DNA of 63,600 bases, filler included, from Choristocarpus tenellus KU-1152 (taxonomy: Eukaryota > Protista > Phaeophyceae): assembly GCA_964200185.2 (NCBI GenBank). It is 11 parts of 11 records of this genome, joined end to end, with 100 filler letters (N's around TTAATTAATTAA, not from the genome) between each part and the next. Parts side by side here need not be neighbours in the genome. Positions count along the whole stretch, not along the records: positions 37,882 to 41,042 come from CAXNAD020021863.1; positions 41,143 to 44,397 come from CAXNAD020021231.1; positions 44,498 to 51,362 come from CAXNAD020007187.1; 8 more parts are not named here. One strand, 5' to 3'. Below, in pieces: positions 38,594 to 51,462 of the stretch. The position numbers and the translations under genes were made by a program. The notes below the pieces were generated by a model that saw nothing but the letters and a program-made list of their open reading frames with translations, did no database searches and had not been told where the DNA came from. Position 1 is the stretch's first letter. The number at the start of each line of letters is the position of its first letter.

Positions 38594-40421
38594 GGACGGC
38601 AGACAGTACAGTAAAACGTATACAAAACTTCTATACATCGACACGTTCCACACACAGGAGATTGTCCACCTTCCGTCTTACAAGATCGAATGTGCGGGAC
38701 AACACGACCCACGTGTCCCAAACCTCAGTGGAATCAAGTCCATGCACAGGTTCTTCACTGGTCGGGTCACATCCGGAGGCTCCCATACATTGATATACAC
38801 CGAACTGTCGTGCTACTGCACGAACTGTTCCTTCGGCAACCTGGCCCAATGCAGGTGGCAACTAACCCACGTGCCCCCGCTCAAGGAGATAGACTTCGGA
38901 TTTTCCACGGAAGAGGGAACGGGTGATATATATCTGAGAAGTCAGCTGTTGAGGAAGAAGAGACAGCTGGCCGAGGGAAACATATGCATTGTGCGGACGC
39001 GGTCATCGGAGTACACTGGCATAGAGTTCTTGCCGTTCACTGTCCACCGCAAGGACACGATTCAATTGAACGCCAGACACCACTCCAGCTACGGAGGGAT
39101 GTTCAGTGCTGGAGATGAGGTCGTCTTTGTCACTGAAGACTTCGAAGTGCTGAGTGCTAGCTTCGTTGATGGAGTGCCAACTATTCACATGTCACGGACG
39201 GACAAGGTGAGTAACGCTTCTTATTACTTCTAAGGGAACAATGCCTCACATGAATGATTCCACCCTGTCCATATACAGATGCAGATGTCACATATCCCCT
39301 TACATCCCCTCTAACCAACATGGATTAACGTCGAATCTTGACACCCAAATCAGTGGCATTTTGTCCTCCCAGTCTGCAACAGCCACTGACACCTTTAACA
39401 TAATATTTCACAACTTACGTAGGGAAAATAAGCGCATCCCATTCATTCATTCCGCTGCCTAAGTGTATCCTCTATCATACACAAAACTATCCGTTTCTTA
39501 AAAAACTCAACAGACAACAACACCCCTGTAGAACCAAACCAGTGCATAACGTGCAAACACATTCTAGTGGTCCTACACACCAACTCAACCCCCGCAATGA
39601 ACTTGTTTGTGGTGATGCAGGACGCACAACCGGGTCCCCGCGTCGTGCCCCTTCAGGCTACCTGGATAACACATTCACGATCCTACCTGGTCAATACCAG
39701 AGGCTCACCTCGGAATCCAACCGTCAATTCTCTCGGTGGGATAACTGCTTGCTTCTCTAGGCAACTCAGACTTGGGGACACATCCGACGCAAGGTTCAGT
39801 CGAGGAACCAGCTTCATCCTACGCGCGCGTGGGGGGGTCATCGTACAGGGGAAGGTCGGCAATGTTCACGTAGATGGTTCAGGAGCGTATATTTACTCAG
39901 TGTCCTACCTCCCGGATGATGGCGAAAAATCTTTACCCCCTCAACTGGGGCTGTACATGATGGAGGACGAGATCGAGGAGAGTGTCAACCAACTTCGAGA
40001 GAAGAACAAGAGGGACAGTGACGAGGCTGCAGCCCTGTGTGTCAAACAGCGCAGTCGGTGGATTGTTGACCGCCAGCAGAAGTGTAGGGACATGGACAAG
40101 GATATATACAAATATGTACTCCTTCAACAGACAATGGGTTATGTGCCAGATATAGATGATGGAGAAACACACAATGCCAGAGCCAAGGGCAGGGGACTTT
40201 ACTCCAGATGAGACGATCAGCAGATGCAAGGGACCGTGACCAAGTACCAGCCCCACTACACGGTGAAAGTTGGAGAGGAGCGAGTCAGCTACCCCTATGA
40301 GGTCAAATGGGAGAATGGCAGTTTGCGAAATATGCAACTTCCTGTCCAACACTACAGTATTGCCCAAGACGCCCCTATACGAGCCTGGTTCTGGACAATT
40401 CCTACACTTCCACCATACTGA
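38594..40421 (+). mobile_element. Probable C-terminal part of a Sola2-like DNA transposase gene (exon ~38594..39206), followed by further decayed coding segments (39761-40421)
   Basis: SGIKSMHRF.........LIYTELSCYCTNCSFGNLAQC resembles the G...H...SCxCxxC...C tail of Sola2-type transposases (recalled); donor AAG|GTGAGT at 39207. Confidence 0.4.
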
Positions 40422-41042
40422 CGATAGACACGGCTTTGAGGAGCAACATAGGCCAATTTCTGATCGTGAATCACCCTCTGCTTCATCAGTCCGACACATG
40501 CCTCGACAGATATGTTGTGATGGAGAGATCAGACGTTCTCTAAATCAACGGACTTACGCATATTTGGAATATACATTGAATCTATTATCCTCCCGAAGGG
40601 TTTGTGCCTATGTGTCCTCATACGCATGTTTTATTGGCCCGGTGGCAACCCACATTTCATCTCCATAATATGGGCGTTCTGCCACCATCCTCTAAATCTT
40701 TTACTGCCATGCCTCAATCCTTTTCCCTCCACTCTTTGCGTTGATCAGACCACAGAGCAACTGACAGAAACGTTACTACAAATACATTGACGCACAAATA
40801 TCTCGTACTCCATACCACCATCTTCAGCACTTATCGAGATTTCCACAACAGATGACCTCTCTTCCACACCCAAACCAAGCGGCGGCAACCACCCAGGCTC
40901 CAAGTTTTGAACCCAACGGCAACTTCCCTGTCATAATAACATAGTCTACACCCACTCAAGCGCCAAGCGTACATCCTAAATGCATTTTGGCCCAAAACGC
41001 ATCATAAGAGGATAATGAATGGGGTCGAAGTATCCTAGGGGG

Positions 41043-41142
41043 NNNNNNNNNNNNNNNNNNNNNNNNNNNNNNNNNNNNNNNNNNNNTTAATTAATTAANN
41101 NNNNNNNNNNNNNNNNNNNNNNNNNNNNNNNNNNNNNNNNNN
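41043..41142. other. Artificial contig linker
   Basis: Same 100-nt cassette. Confidence 0.98.
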
Positions 41143-41329
41143 GATGAATAGTGTAAGTGTCACTTTTCCTGGTTATGACCCAAATGGACAACGTGTTGTA
41201 GCCCCCCCCCCCTCAGATACTTTAGGTCTCCTTAGTACCAAAATAGTACCCAAATAGTATCCCAATAGTACCCAGATAGTACCAAAACGACACCCCCCTC
41301 ATAAATGCTATACACTGTAAATATATCCC

Positions 41330-43895
41330 CACAGTCTCTACTCCTCTTGAGAAACCCCCCCTGACAAGATACTGTTCTACATGACACACCAGTTCTGGGT
41401 AGTGGTTTGTAAGGAAGTCGTACACATCAACCTGTCCGTGGATTTGAGCCAGATTGATTGCTGTTGAGGTACACCCCTTTCCGACAAAATGCAAGAACTT
41501 CACTACATCCAGGTGGCCGTTCCGTGCTGCTCCTTCCATTGCCCCTGAAGAGCACCCTTCATCTCTGCTACCCACAAAAGAAAAAATGAAGGATAAGATG
41601 TAAAAATAGGCCATGATATATAGTGAATATAGTAGGGAAAATACATAATATAATTGAGATCAGGTGTAGTAAGGAGAGTCAAAGTATCTTAGGGTTAGGG
41701 TAGAGCTGCGTCCATTCGGGGATCAAAATTCAATGTTGTGATTTGTATTTAATTTTGGCTATCGTATTTGTCAAGGAGTGTCGATATCCTTGTTCTGGAC
41801 ACACCTTTTAATATCATACACATTTTACCTACTCCGAAACATTTCGAGGTAGGAAAATATTATAAAAAACCCGTGGGAAGTCAAGCCGCAAATGGACAAA
41901 TATGGGAAAACTCGTACCCTCTAAGATACTTTCACCCAGGAACTGTATATAGAATAATATATATTGGAACATAGGTATGTCATAGCATACTTGAATGCAT
42001 ATACATGCAAGTATAATCATGATATAATGTAAACAGCTTGGAATTTGGTAATGAGTGAAAATAGATGAGAGGAACCCAGACCAGCATTTTAATGCTGCTG
42101 TCAAATATTTGCAAATTTCGACTTTTTTTTTTTTTACAAATGCGTGTGTGACATTTTTCGAATTTCTGTAGAATTTTTTTCAAATAATAGGGAAATCAAC
42201 GCCCTCAAAATCAAACTCAGCACTCCATCCGTAGATATATGAGGGAATTGCAACAGATTGGAAAAACTGGCTTGAAAGACACTTTGGCTCAATAGAAAAT
42301 TACATAGCCGTGACAAAATATACTCGATAAGCAACCTACCAAGAGCAGAGTAGAGGAGCATTGGGTAAATAACTCTGTACAGTCAATGATACTGCTTGAT
42401 TCCAGGCTGGTCCTGTTCCAAGAGGTGGTTCTATGTTGTAGTTCGATAAACATCTGTATGGACTTGAGGTACAAGATTTGTGGTATTGGATTTTCTTCTT
42501 CTTCTTCTTCTTCTTATTATTATTATCATCATCATCATTATTTTTATTGTTATTGTTATCATTATTGTTATCATTATTATTATAATTTGTTATCATTATT
42601 GTCGTACATACATATATCATTATCAATATCACTATCACTATCACTCTCTTCGTCTTCACATCCATTATCATTTCAACGATAGTACTGTCTCATTATATTT
42701 TTATTATTTCCTTAGGGTTAGGGGGGAGAGGTCCATTGGATACTCTCTTTTGATTGCCTTCTGCAAACTCTCATCATTATTTATTTTCATCCTTTGGCCA
42801 CTGCGCTCGATTGCTGATTATTTATTTCTCTTGATGTGGGTGTGGTGGGTATGCTGCAGTACAAGGCACCCTTTCCACGCCTTAATCGAAGGCACGAGAC
42901 CTGTTTTGACTGATGGCATTTTGTTCTTCAAGGAAAGAATATTCTAGAAGAAAGGCTTACAGTTTGGACTCATATGTTGATTGTACCTGCTGCTTGGTTT
43001 TGTTTACTTATTGATGAGGCATCTTCTCCTCGATTTGATTCACTCTATCATCACTCTATCATCACCCTATCATCACTCTATCATTATGTACATTAATATA
43101 CATGTCGAATTTTCCCACTCTCTGATTGTAGCCTCTCCTGGACAATATCTTCACTTGGACATTGTTCTCACAGAGCTACCCTACCATTCAGGAGGGTGCC
43201 ATTGAGTACTCGGCGCCCCGGTGACCCTCTTCTGGGGCATATATTTCTATCACTGTGAAGGGTGAAGAACAATTTCGCAATCAAGTAGACAAATGTTTGT
43301 CTTCTCATCTAAAACTATGGCCTCCTACTGGAGGTTACGTACCTTTCAGGTGTGGTTATAGGGTGTTGGGTAGGAGATTTTTTCAAAGAACACAAGAGGT
43401 CAGATGGACCAAAGTAGACCCTCCTCTCTCAATTGGATTGTGCTCATGGGCACTTCTTCATTGACGCTACCACTCCACAATAGAGTTATCTATTGCAATG
43501 CCTGGTCTCCCATGCGCTGGAATGGAGCTCAAGAGTTGTACTTTAGCAATAGATGAGACCGTTACCCTGCTGCATCTTGGATTCTAGTAGAAAAAAGATA
43601 TAAATATGTAAATACATGCTTGAGCAAGCAGTGACAGTATGAGTGGCACCACTCTTGGTTCCAAGAAAAAAAATCCCAGTGAATGATCCACCTGGGAGGC
43701 ATGCTTATTCAAGTAACAATGTTTTTAACAACATAGTGCTATCCCTAACCCTCACATTTAGACAACTTCCCCATCCTGTTCGGTTCAAAACCTGTACCAA
43801 TGCACTACTGCCATGATTTGGGCACATGGCTTGACTCGCCTGTTGAAGTGCAGCCAGCGGACTACATCCAAGTGACCATGTGCAGCTGCATCGTC
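41330..43895 (-). CDS. Ankyrin-repeat protein, partial; exons 43840..43895 and ~41330..41564
   Basis: DDAAAHGHLDVVRWLHFN-R-DEGCSSGAMEGAARNGHLDVVKFLHFVGKGCTSTAINLAQIHGQVDVYDFL, the GCxxxAMxxAAxNGHLxVVxWLH ankyrin type common in stramenopiles; needs a GC donor; 3' end uncertain. Confidence 0.85.
41676..41937. mobile_element. MITE family A (opposite orientation), within an ankyrin-gene intron
   Basis: TIRs present; TSD AGGA/AGGA. Confidence 0.9.
42493..42645. repeat. Compound (TTC)n(ATT/ATC/GTT)n microsatellite
   Basis: Seen directly. Confidence 0.95.
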
Positions 43896-44397
43896 CTGAA
43901 GGACAAAGGAGGTGTACATTTAGATAGTATCAAAAAAAGTCAATGGAAAGAAAAATGTAGCAGGCTTCCAGAGCCATTTCAAACCATTGCGCATATGCTA
44001 GTACTCCTTGAGATTGTGCGTTGTGGGTATAATCTGATGGCACCATGGTATCTCCATAGATGCCTGCTATGATTTAGAAAGCCGCTCGAAAAACATAACT
44101 AAGTGCAGTATACATCTCATCCACACCGGAAGAAAAAGTGCAATGCAGCACAACTTACGCAACATCCAACCCTAACCCTAAAACCCTAACCATAAACAAA
44201 CCAAAAATGTTTTTGAAGAAAAAATTATCCAAGAAGATGCTATGCTGTCGTAGGTAGAACTTTGCAATCACAGAATTTCTTCAAGTCGATCCAACCATCG
44301 TAAACAGGGGAAAAAAAAAACACTTGGAAGGATAAAAAAATAAATGTACTTCAAATTATATCGCATACAAGAGTGACCCAAAGTATCTGGGGGGGGG

Positions 44398-44497
44398 NNN
44401 NNNNNNNNNNNNNNNNNNNNNNNNNNNNNNNNNNNNNNNNNTTAATTAATTAANNNNNNNNNNNNNNNNNNNNNNNNNNNNNNNNNNNNNNNNNNNN
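44398..44497. other. Artificial contig linker
   Basis: Same 100-nt cassette. Confidence 0.98.
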
Positions 44498-45643
44498 CCA
44501 CACTACTCGCACTTTTCTCTTCACCCAACATCGCACTGAGTTTCACACGGAAGTTGTTTTTCTGGCCCCTTTCGACAGAGAAGGTGCCGAGAGTAGATCC
44601 AGAGGGCAGAGTGGCCTCGGCGGCTCTCCTTGCCTCACCACCATGGTTCATGTTGTTGTGTAAGTCACGTGTGTGTGTGCGTGCTCACAGAAAGTCTGCA
44701 AAAGGCACATAAAAAGATGTCCGCATAAAAAGATGCCCCGAAATCTTGTTTTTTTTTCTGCTTTTTCTCGGTGAGGGCCATAACAGCCAAACTTGGGCAG
44801 CGACGTACTGTAGACCAGGTTTCTGCAAGGAGTTCAGCCAACCACTTCATTTTTTGCAAATTTTGAATACGCGACCTTCAAAATTGCACCGGAGTTATTC
44901 CCACGCGTTCTTTCTATTTTTTATCTGGACATAGTTCCCGTTCACCGAAGTTTGTATATTCCTGCATACAAACCTTCAAAAGGTCTTGTTTTAAGCTTTC
45001 ATTTTATATATATATATTGCTGTATATCTGTTACGGCGCTCCGGTGAAAAAAAGAAGAACTGCCACCGAGGGCGAAGCTACTGCTACCACCTTATATAAA
45101 ATAATGAAAGTACAAAAAAATAAACTGGTCCATTAAACCTCCCACACCAGCTCACCTCTTTTGCTCATTGACTCACGCAAGGAGCAACCAAGCAAGCCGA
45201 ACAAGAAAGTATTCGTTCTCGCTATTCATGAGGAGGACGATAACCATCGCACCTCACACATGGGATGGCCACCTGACAGTCACTAGGAGACCTGACCAGC
45301 ACGGGGAATGAACCCGCAGATTCCCCAGGCGTCCGCCCCACAATACCCAAAAGATACGCCCAGGCCGCCATTGCCAGAATGTGTATGTCCATGAAATCTA
45401 GACCCCTTGCAAATACGGCAATCAGTGATTAGTGCTTACAGAATAAACGAAGCTTATTATCCCATACCATACGATTTTCAACCCCTATCTTCGAATCAGA
45501 ATCCTTCTCACACGCCGTAATCACAAATAACACCTGATCCACCTCCTCTCCACGAAATCCTTACTACTAGAGAATTTGTTGGGTAGAATTTATAAATGAC
45601 CAGATCACAGCCGTTCGCGCACAGTCCCCTTCCTTCGAAAACA

Positions 45644-46095
45644 CGATGAAACTGATAAACCATCAGCACCATATCCAATCTATCGTTTCCAATAATCCGA
45701 TATGTTGACTCCTGGCTTTGCTGAACCCTCATCCCAACTTAGCATTTACACCACGCTGACCCTATCCCTAACCCTGACCCTAAGAACTTAATCAGCAAAC
45801 TAACTTGTGTTTCTTTCTCCACATAGTAACTCTAACCCCATTTTATGAGGCCTTCCTGCAAACCAATAACGCGATGAAACTGATAAATCAACCATACCAC
45901 GTCTGATATATTGTTACCGATACATCCGATATGTTGACTCCTTGCTATGCTGAACCCTCACCCCAACACAGCGTTTACACCACCCTAACCCCATCCCTAT
46001 CCCTTACCCTAAGAACTTAATCAGCAGACTAACTTTTGTGTCTTTCTCCACAAATAAACCCTAACCCATTTTATGAGACCTTCCAGCAAACAAAT
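45644..46095. repeat. Tandem duplication of a ~230-bp unit (2 copies) containing CCCTAA-like motifs
   Basis: CGATGAAACTGATAAA, ATCCGATATGTTGACTCC and CCTAAGAACTTAATCAGCA each occur twice, ~230-240 bp apart. Confidence 0.88.
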
Positions 46096-46515
46096 GCCAG
46101 GAGCACGTTTACCACCACATACACCATAAATATGTTTCAGGGTACACCCGACTTTAGGTTTGTCGATCATAGGCCAAAATTTCTGCATCTTTATCTCGCT
46201 GAGGTCTTTGGTCAATGTTCGTCACCCAGAGCTCTCGATTACCTCAGTCATGTGGGCTTGGATGAATCCATCCGTTCACACAGGATTATTATGCCCTGTG
46301 ATGTACGTTTATCTTTAGTTCGGTACAAAGCAAAGCAGTAACATACATAGCGATATGATGATTCAGTATTTATTCATACGTCAGTGATGATGAATGGCTG
46401 GCGGGCAATTAATAATTTATAGTATGTTGACCATGTAATTCAACCAGGGGCTGTGGGCGACGAGTCTTTCATGCACTAAGTTATTCAATACACGCTTGTA
46501 AGCGCCCTTACAGCA

Positions 46516-46788
46516 GAGCCAAAGTATCTTAGAGCGTAGAGCCGCGTCTGTTTGGGGGCCGAGATCGAATGTTGTAATTTTGATGTGATTTTGGCTATTG
46601 TGTTTTTTAGGAAGTGTCCATATCCTTGTTCCGGACATGTGTACATGATAACTACCCCAAACGTAAGCATTTTTCCCTACTCCGAAAACATTTCGGAGTA
46701 GGGAAAACGTCATAAAAAAAACGTGGAAAGCCAAGCTCCAAACGGAAATATAGGACAAAACTCGTACCCCTCTAAAATATTTTCACTC
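46516..46788. mobile_element. MITE family A (opposite orientation)
   Basis: TIRs present; flanks AGCA/AACA. Confidence 0.88.
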
Positions 46789-47168
46789 AACATACTCTAG
46801 AGGGGGCTCAGCTGGAGGTCTGGAATGGTGAGAGTTCAGGAAGTGAAGACTGGACGTTGGAGGTCACCATTCTGCACCGCTTCACCTGGTGACTGTGCAA
46901 ACTCCTTTGATTTTTCTGCTGTTTTGTTTTACAAGAGTTGCATTGTGTGATATTTTTAATCTGTTTTCCATTGAGACTACCAATGTGAGTTGTGTCAGTG
47001 ATGAGTCTATCAGAGTGTTAGCGGATGAATTCCCTCTAGAACCCAATACTGTGATAACAGCACATAGTTCTACTGAAATGTAATTTATGGGATCGAACTT
47101 GAGCAGAAGAACTGTCTGTTTTGTTGTTTGGGTGGAGGCCGTGTTACTCCCTGGACGCAGGGCAATTT

Positions 47169-47426
47169 GAGTGAAAGAATCGTAGAGGGTACAAGTTTTG
47201 CCCAGTTTGTCCTTTTGGGGATTAACTGCCCACATATTTTTTATGACATTTTACCTACTCCAAAATATTTCGGAGTAGGTAAATGTATACATTATGAAAA
47301 GGAGTGTCCAGAACAAGGATATTGACATCCCCTAACAAAAATGGTCGTCAAGATCACATCAAAATATCAACATTGGATTTTGGCCTCCAAATGGACGCGG
47401 CTCTACCCTCTAAGATACTTTGACTC
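47169..47426. mobile_element. MITE family A
   Basis: TIRs present; TSD ATTT/ATTT. Confidence 0.9.
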
Positions 47427-48642
47427 ATTTACACCAAATAGGTTCACTAGCACAAGTTCAATGAATTTGGTAAGGTAGAGAGATACAAGGCATGTCTAGT
47501 AGCAACAGGGTTATCATGATGCTAAGGAATTAGATTACTGTGATACCTTTCCACTGATGACATGGCCTGTCGTCTCATCGTAAGCAGTTGCCCGCTTTGC
47601 TTCAAGTGCAGCAGATGTATTAGTAGTAGAACCCTTCTCCATCATCCGTCTAGGATATTGAACCACAAGTGCTTTGCCTGTGCTGGTGATACCATGCTTG
47701 TTCTTGTAGGCCTCGTTACTCTTCTTAGCAGTCCAGGATCTCTTTCGCGCGCACCTCCTCCTGGTCGCCTACACATCTTCCCTGAGCTGATTATTTTTAA
47801 TACTACTTATCTTAGCAACCACAGGGACGATTGAGGTGCGGTTTGTTGCAAAAGAAGCCTTCAAAGTCTCTCCACACGATCTAACCAGACCCTTCTGACA
47901 GATTTTGCGTTCCATGATAGATAAGGAAACACATCGAAATTCGTGAATAAAAATCCCCACAGTAATAATCAAGGAAAATCAGATGATAAGAACACCAACC
48001 CCTCGTATCGTAGACTATCTATGAAATGCTCAACACTGACCATTATTCTCTCATTGTCATTGACGTTGAAAAGCTTCGATTCTATTAGGAAGTCAGACCT
48101 GTTGTAGAGAGGAGAAATGTTGCATCGGTTGGACACAAACTTCACAATCAAGTAGGGGGAGAGACGACCACAATATATAAATGCATGGTTCTCATTCCCA
48201 GGCCTACCTCCAAGTACTAAAATATATCATATATTGTGACATTTCCATATTATTCCATATTGTTAGAATAATAAAATTGTATGTTTGGTTCAAACACATC
48301 GTTGGATGTCTGAGGTGATTTGTGATCCCTGTGTGTGTAGATGTCTCACATTCAGACTTGAATAACACGTAGTGGACATGAACCGGACATGGCAGAGAAA
48401 ATTGAACTGATGGATAGTCATGGTCTGGTTATGTAAGAAAGAAGTTAGAATAGTCAGCCAGTGGACATGGACTTGTACAATAACCCTGTGAACATGGTTC
48501 GGAAATGTCATAGAATGTTTGACCTGGTCTGGTCGACGGACATGGACTGCTTCAATATTTAGCGGATATAGACCAGGACCAGGCATGTAAAATATTTGTG
48601 GGAACGATCCGGGCAGTAGACGGAACATTTTTATTTGCTGAC

Positions 48643-49020
48643 TATGGTGTTTGCAGTCAGTCGCCTCCAGGATAAGACCATCCTCGATTAATTTCGATTT
48701 GATGCAAGGCTTCCTGATCGGTGATCAGCATATCAACTTAAATCTGAGACCAAATGCTGTCGATTGGCGCAAAGAAATCTGGTCCCAACTAAATTTGCGT
48801 TGAGTTAGGAAATGCCGAAAGGTTCGGTTGAATTGCCAAAAAATGAAAATCACTGAAAATCACATCATTTTTTTGTTCCGACCGGATTTCTTTGCGCCAA
48901 TCGATTGATTATGATATCAGCGTTAATTTGATGTGCTGATCACCGATCAGGACACCTTACATCACCTCGAAATTAATCAAGACCTGTGATGCTATCATGA
49001 GGGTGACTGTTAACAATATA
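48643..49020. mobile_element. Fold-back MITE-like element with ~130-140-bp imperfect inverted arms
   Basis: CCTGATCGGTGATCAGCA / TGCTGATCACCGATCAGG and TCGATTGGCGCAAAGAAATC / GATTTCTTTGCGCCAATCGA are exact reverse complements. Confidence 0.85.
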
Positions 49021-49941
49021 CTTTGCTAGGCTTTCGGAGCTTAACCTTCGCACATAGCTCACTACAACGTAGATTGTCCACCCAGAACTCGGCACAATGG
49101 TTGCGGAAGCCCTCTGTCGAAAGACATGCTGGATATCATGGTGCGGTCTCTATCTCCGGGCTTCTAGTTTCACAGAAGTCGAAAGCTGAGGTTGGGCAGG
49201 GTGTACGCGCTGGTGATTGCTGTGTGTCGAGAGGGGGATTCACGCTTGGTCGAGTGGACCAGTCAATCACTGCGGAACAAGAAATCAAAGAGGGGTCGCG
49301 ACTATGACGGAGAGCGTATATTCTTGCCCAAGCTCAATGATGAGGACTGGCTGGCTGGCTGCTGTCTGATGAGCTTTTAGGCGTAACAGTGGAGCTATAA
49401 TAGCAATGAAGAGTTTAGGGTTGCACACAGACAGAGGAGGCATGGAGGATCACGACTCTTCTCCTCCCGTGAAAAACTCGTCCTGGTAGAGGAGAAACAG
49501 CCCTCCAAGCCATATACTGGATGACGGACGGATGGATGTCTAAGTAACTTGATTTTAGTGAGGAAAATCGCCCTCTCGCCCATCGCACCACAACCAACTC
49601 CAACCTATCGAATAATGTTAAGAGTGATTCAAGGAGCACATCAAGCTTTATTTTGACGAAAAACTCCTCTCCGATCAAAAGTTAGACCAGGACAAATCCT
49701 GTCCTGGAGGCAACGACCAACACCATAGGTGGAGATCCCTGAAAATTCGTCTACCCTTTTTTTATTGTTCTTGATTTATTAAATGAATCTATACAATTCA
49801 ATCATCAATCACATCATAACCGTAAGTATACGTGGCAAAATAAGAGAAAAGTGCACAATAGTTAGAATCCACACAGACATCCCAAGTGTGAAGGGCCACA
49901 GGACCAAGGATGTGTGTGAAACCCTTCAAATTAAAAAATAA

Positions 49942-50133
49942 GAGCCAAAGTATCTGAGGGTGGGGGGTGGGGTCTACTAGACCGGAGTGTCCATACCATT
50001 TGGGTCAAAGTAAGGAAAAGTACATTCACATTATCCATCCGACGTATGCAAACAAATCACCCAAAAATCGCGACTTGAAAAAATTGACGCCAAATGGACA
50101 GCCCCCACCCCTCCCAGACAGATACTTTGAGCC
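49942..50133. mobile_element. MITE family B (~180-190 bp, poly-G/poly-C subtermini)
   Basis: GAGCCAAAGTATCTG(G-rich) ... (C-rich)CAGATACTTTGAGCC; homologous to 50565..50744. Confidence 0.85.
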
Positions 50134-50564
50134 TAAATCAAGAAGTTCAATCATATACATCCCCCACCAACACATTATATCACCCCCACTAACAAGGACA
50201 GTACGGTAAGTCACAACCCTTCAGGTGAGATGGAAGGGATGTCACCATGAGTCCCTCATTTGTTCCTGTAGGGGCCTGGCGGTGTTGGCAGAATTGATGA
50301 AAACTTCGTCCTTTCTTGTGAATGGTCTGAGCCAAACCAATTTAAAGGTAGGCAGGGTTGCATTTGAAGGATCCCAAGAGAGACCACAAAGACGACATTT
50401 TATATATTTGAAGAGAGAGCCTTTGCTTAGTTGTGGTTCCATTTTCTGTGTGGACAGTGGATTATCAATTTTTGTGCAATTAAATGTGCACATATTGCAA
50501 TAAAGTAGAGTATGTACTGCACAGGGTGAGAAAGACGGCCTAAAATGTAAAACAGTTCAAACCT

Positions 50565-50744
50565 GACCCGATGTATCTGGGAAGGTGGGGGGGGTCTACA
50601 CGAGGGTGTCCATTTGGACCAAAATCGGGAAAAGTGCATTTGCATTATCCATCCGACGTATGGCAACCAAATCACCCTAAAATCACGATATGAAAAAATT
50701 GACCCCAAATGGACACCAAAACCCCCTCCCAGATACTTTGAGTC
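50565..50744. mobile_element. MITE family B
   Basis: TIRs present; TSD ACCT/ACCT. Partial copies at 21646-21695, 27935-27955, 28056-28111, 34487-34531, 41022-41042, 41143-41228, 44375-44397, 60773-60797 and 63532-63600. Confidence 0.88.
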
Positions 50745-51362
50745 ACCTGCCTACCCTTAATTGATGGGACTTTGTTAGGGAATTGACCTCCAGTGCGAAC
50801 TTGCGTGGCATTTTCGTTTTCGTGATCACGTTTCCTCTGAGAATCTTTTGGCAACAGTATCGTCATACTCCCTCAATGTCACTACATTATGAACCCTACA
50901 AATGTCTGCAATGTTTAACTTAATGCTACTCTCAATACATGTTCTGGAGTTCTCTCCAAGAAGGTACCTCACCTGATCAAGGCATGTCTTCACAAGTTAC
51001 ACCATATCCTACACACGATTCCGCAACAACTTTCTATAATTATCACTGCACAGAAGAAAAAATAATAATGTCTCCACGTGGATATATATATATATCAAAA
51101 CATTTTTTCCTGCCCCACTGTAAACTACTTCCATATGAAGAAAACCACACCTGATAACAAGTCAACACTGACATAGTGTCGGCAAACACTTGCAGTAAAT
51201 ACATAGCCATGCGATCCTACTGAATATCCACATTCCATCGAACGAGAAGCTCAGGCGAAAGCCATGAGCGCATGATCTCATCCATTTTTTGAAGGGTTTG
51301 GGGATTAAGCTCTTCGGTAAAGGGTGTCTGGACGTGCTTATTACCCAACTTCCCCCCTACGT

Positions 51363-51462
51363 NNNNNNNNNNNNNNNNNNNNNNNNNNNNNNNNNNNNNN
51401 NNNNNNTTAATTAATTAANNNNNNNNNNNNNNNNNNNNNNNNNNNNNNNNNNNNNNNNNNNN
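51363..51462. other. Artificial contig linker
   Basis: Same 100-nt cassette. Confidence 0.98.

Noticed and set aside
42336-42947. Poly-Ile/Asn/Tyr ORFs (also 36956-37833)
   Set aside because: Translations of microsatellites.
48018-48090. Ulp1/SUMO-protease-like motif NTDHYSLIVIDVEK
   Set aside because: Short, flanked by stops, and the downstream D and C motifs were not found.
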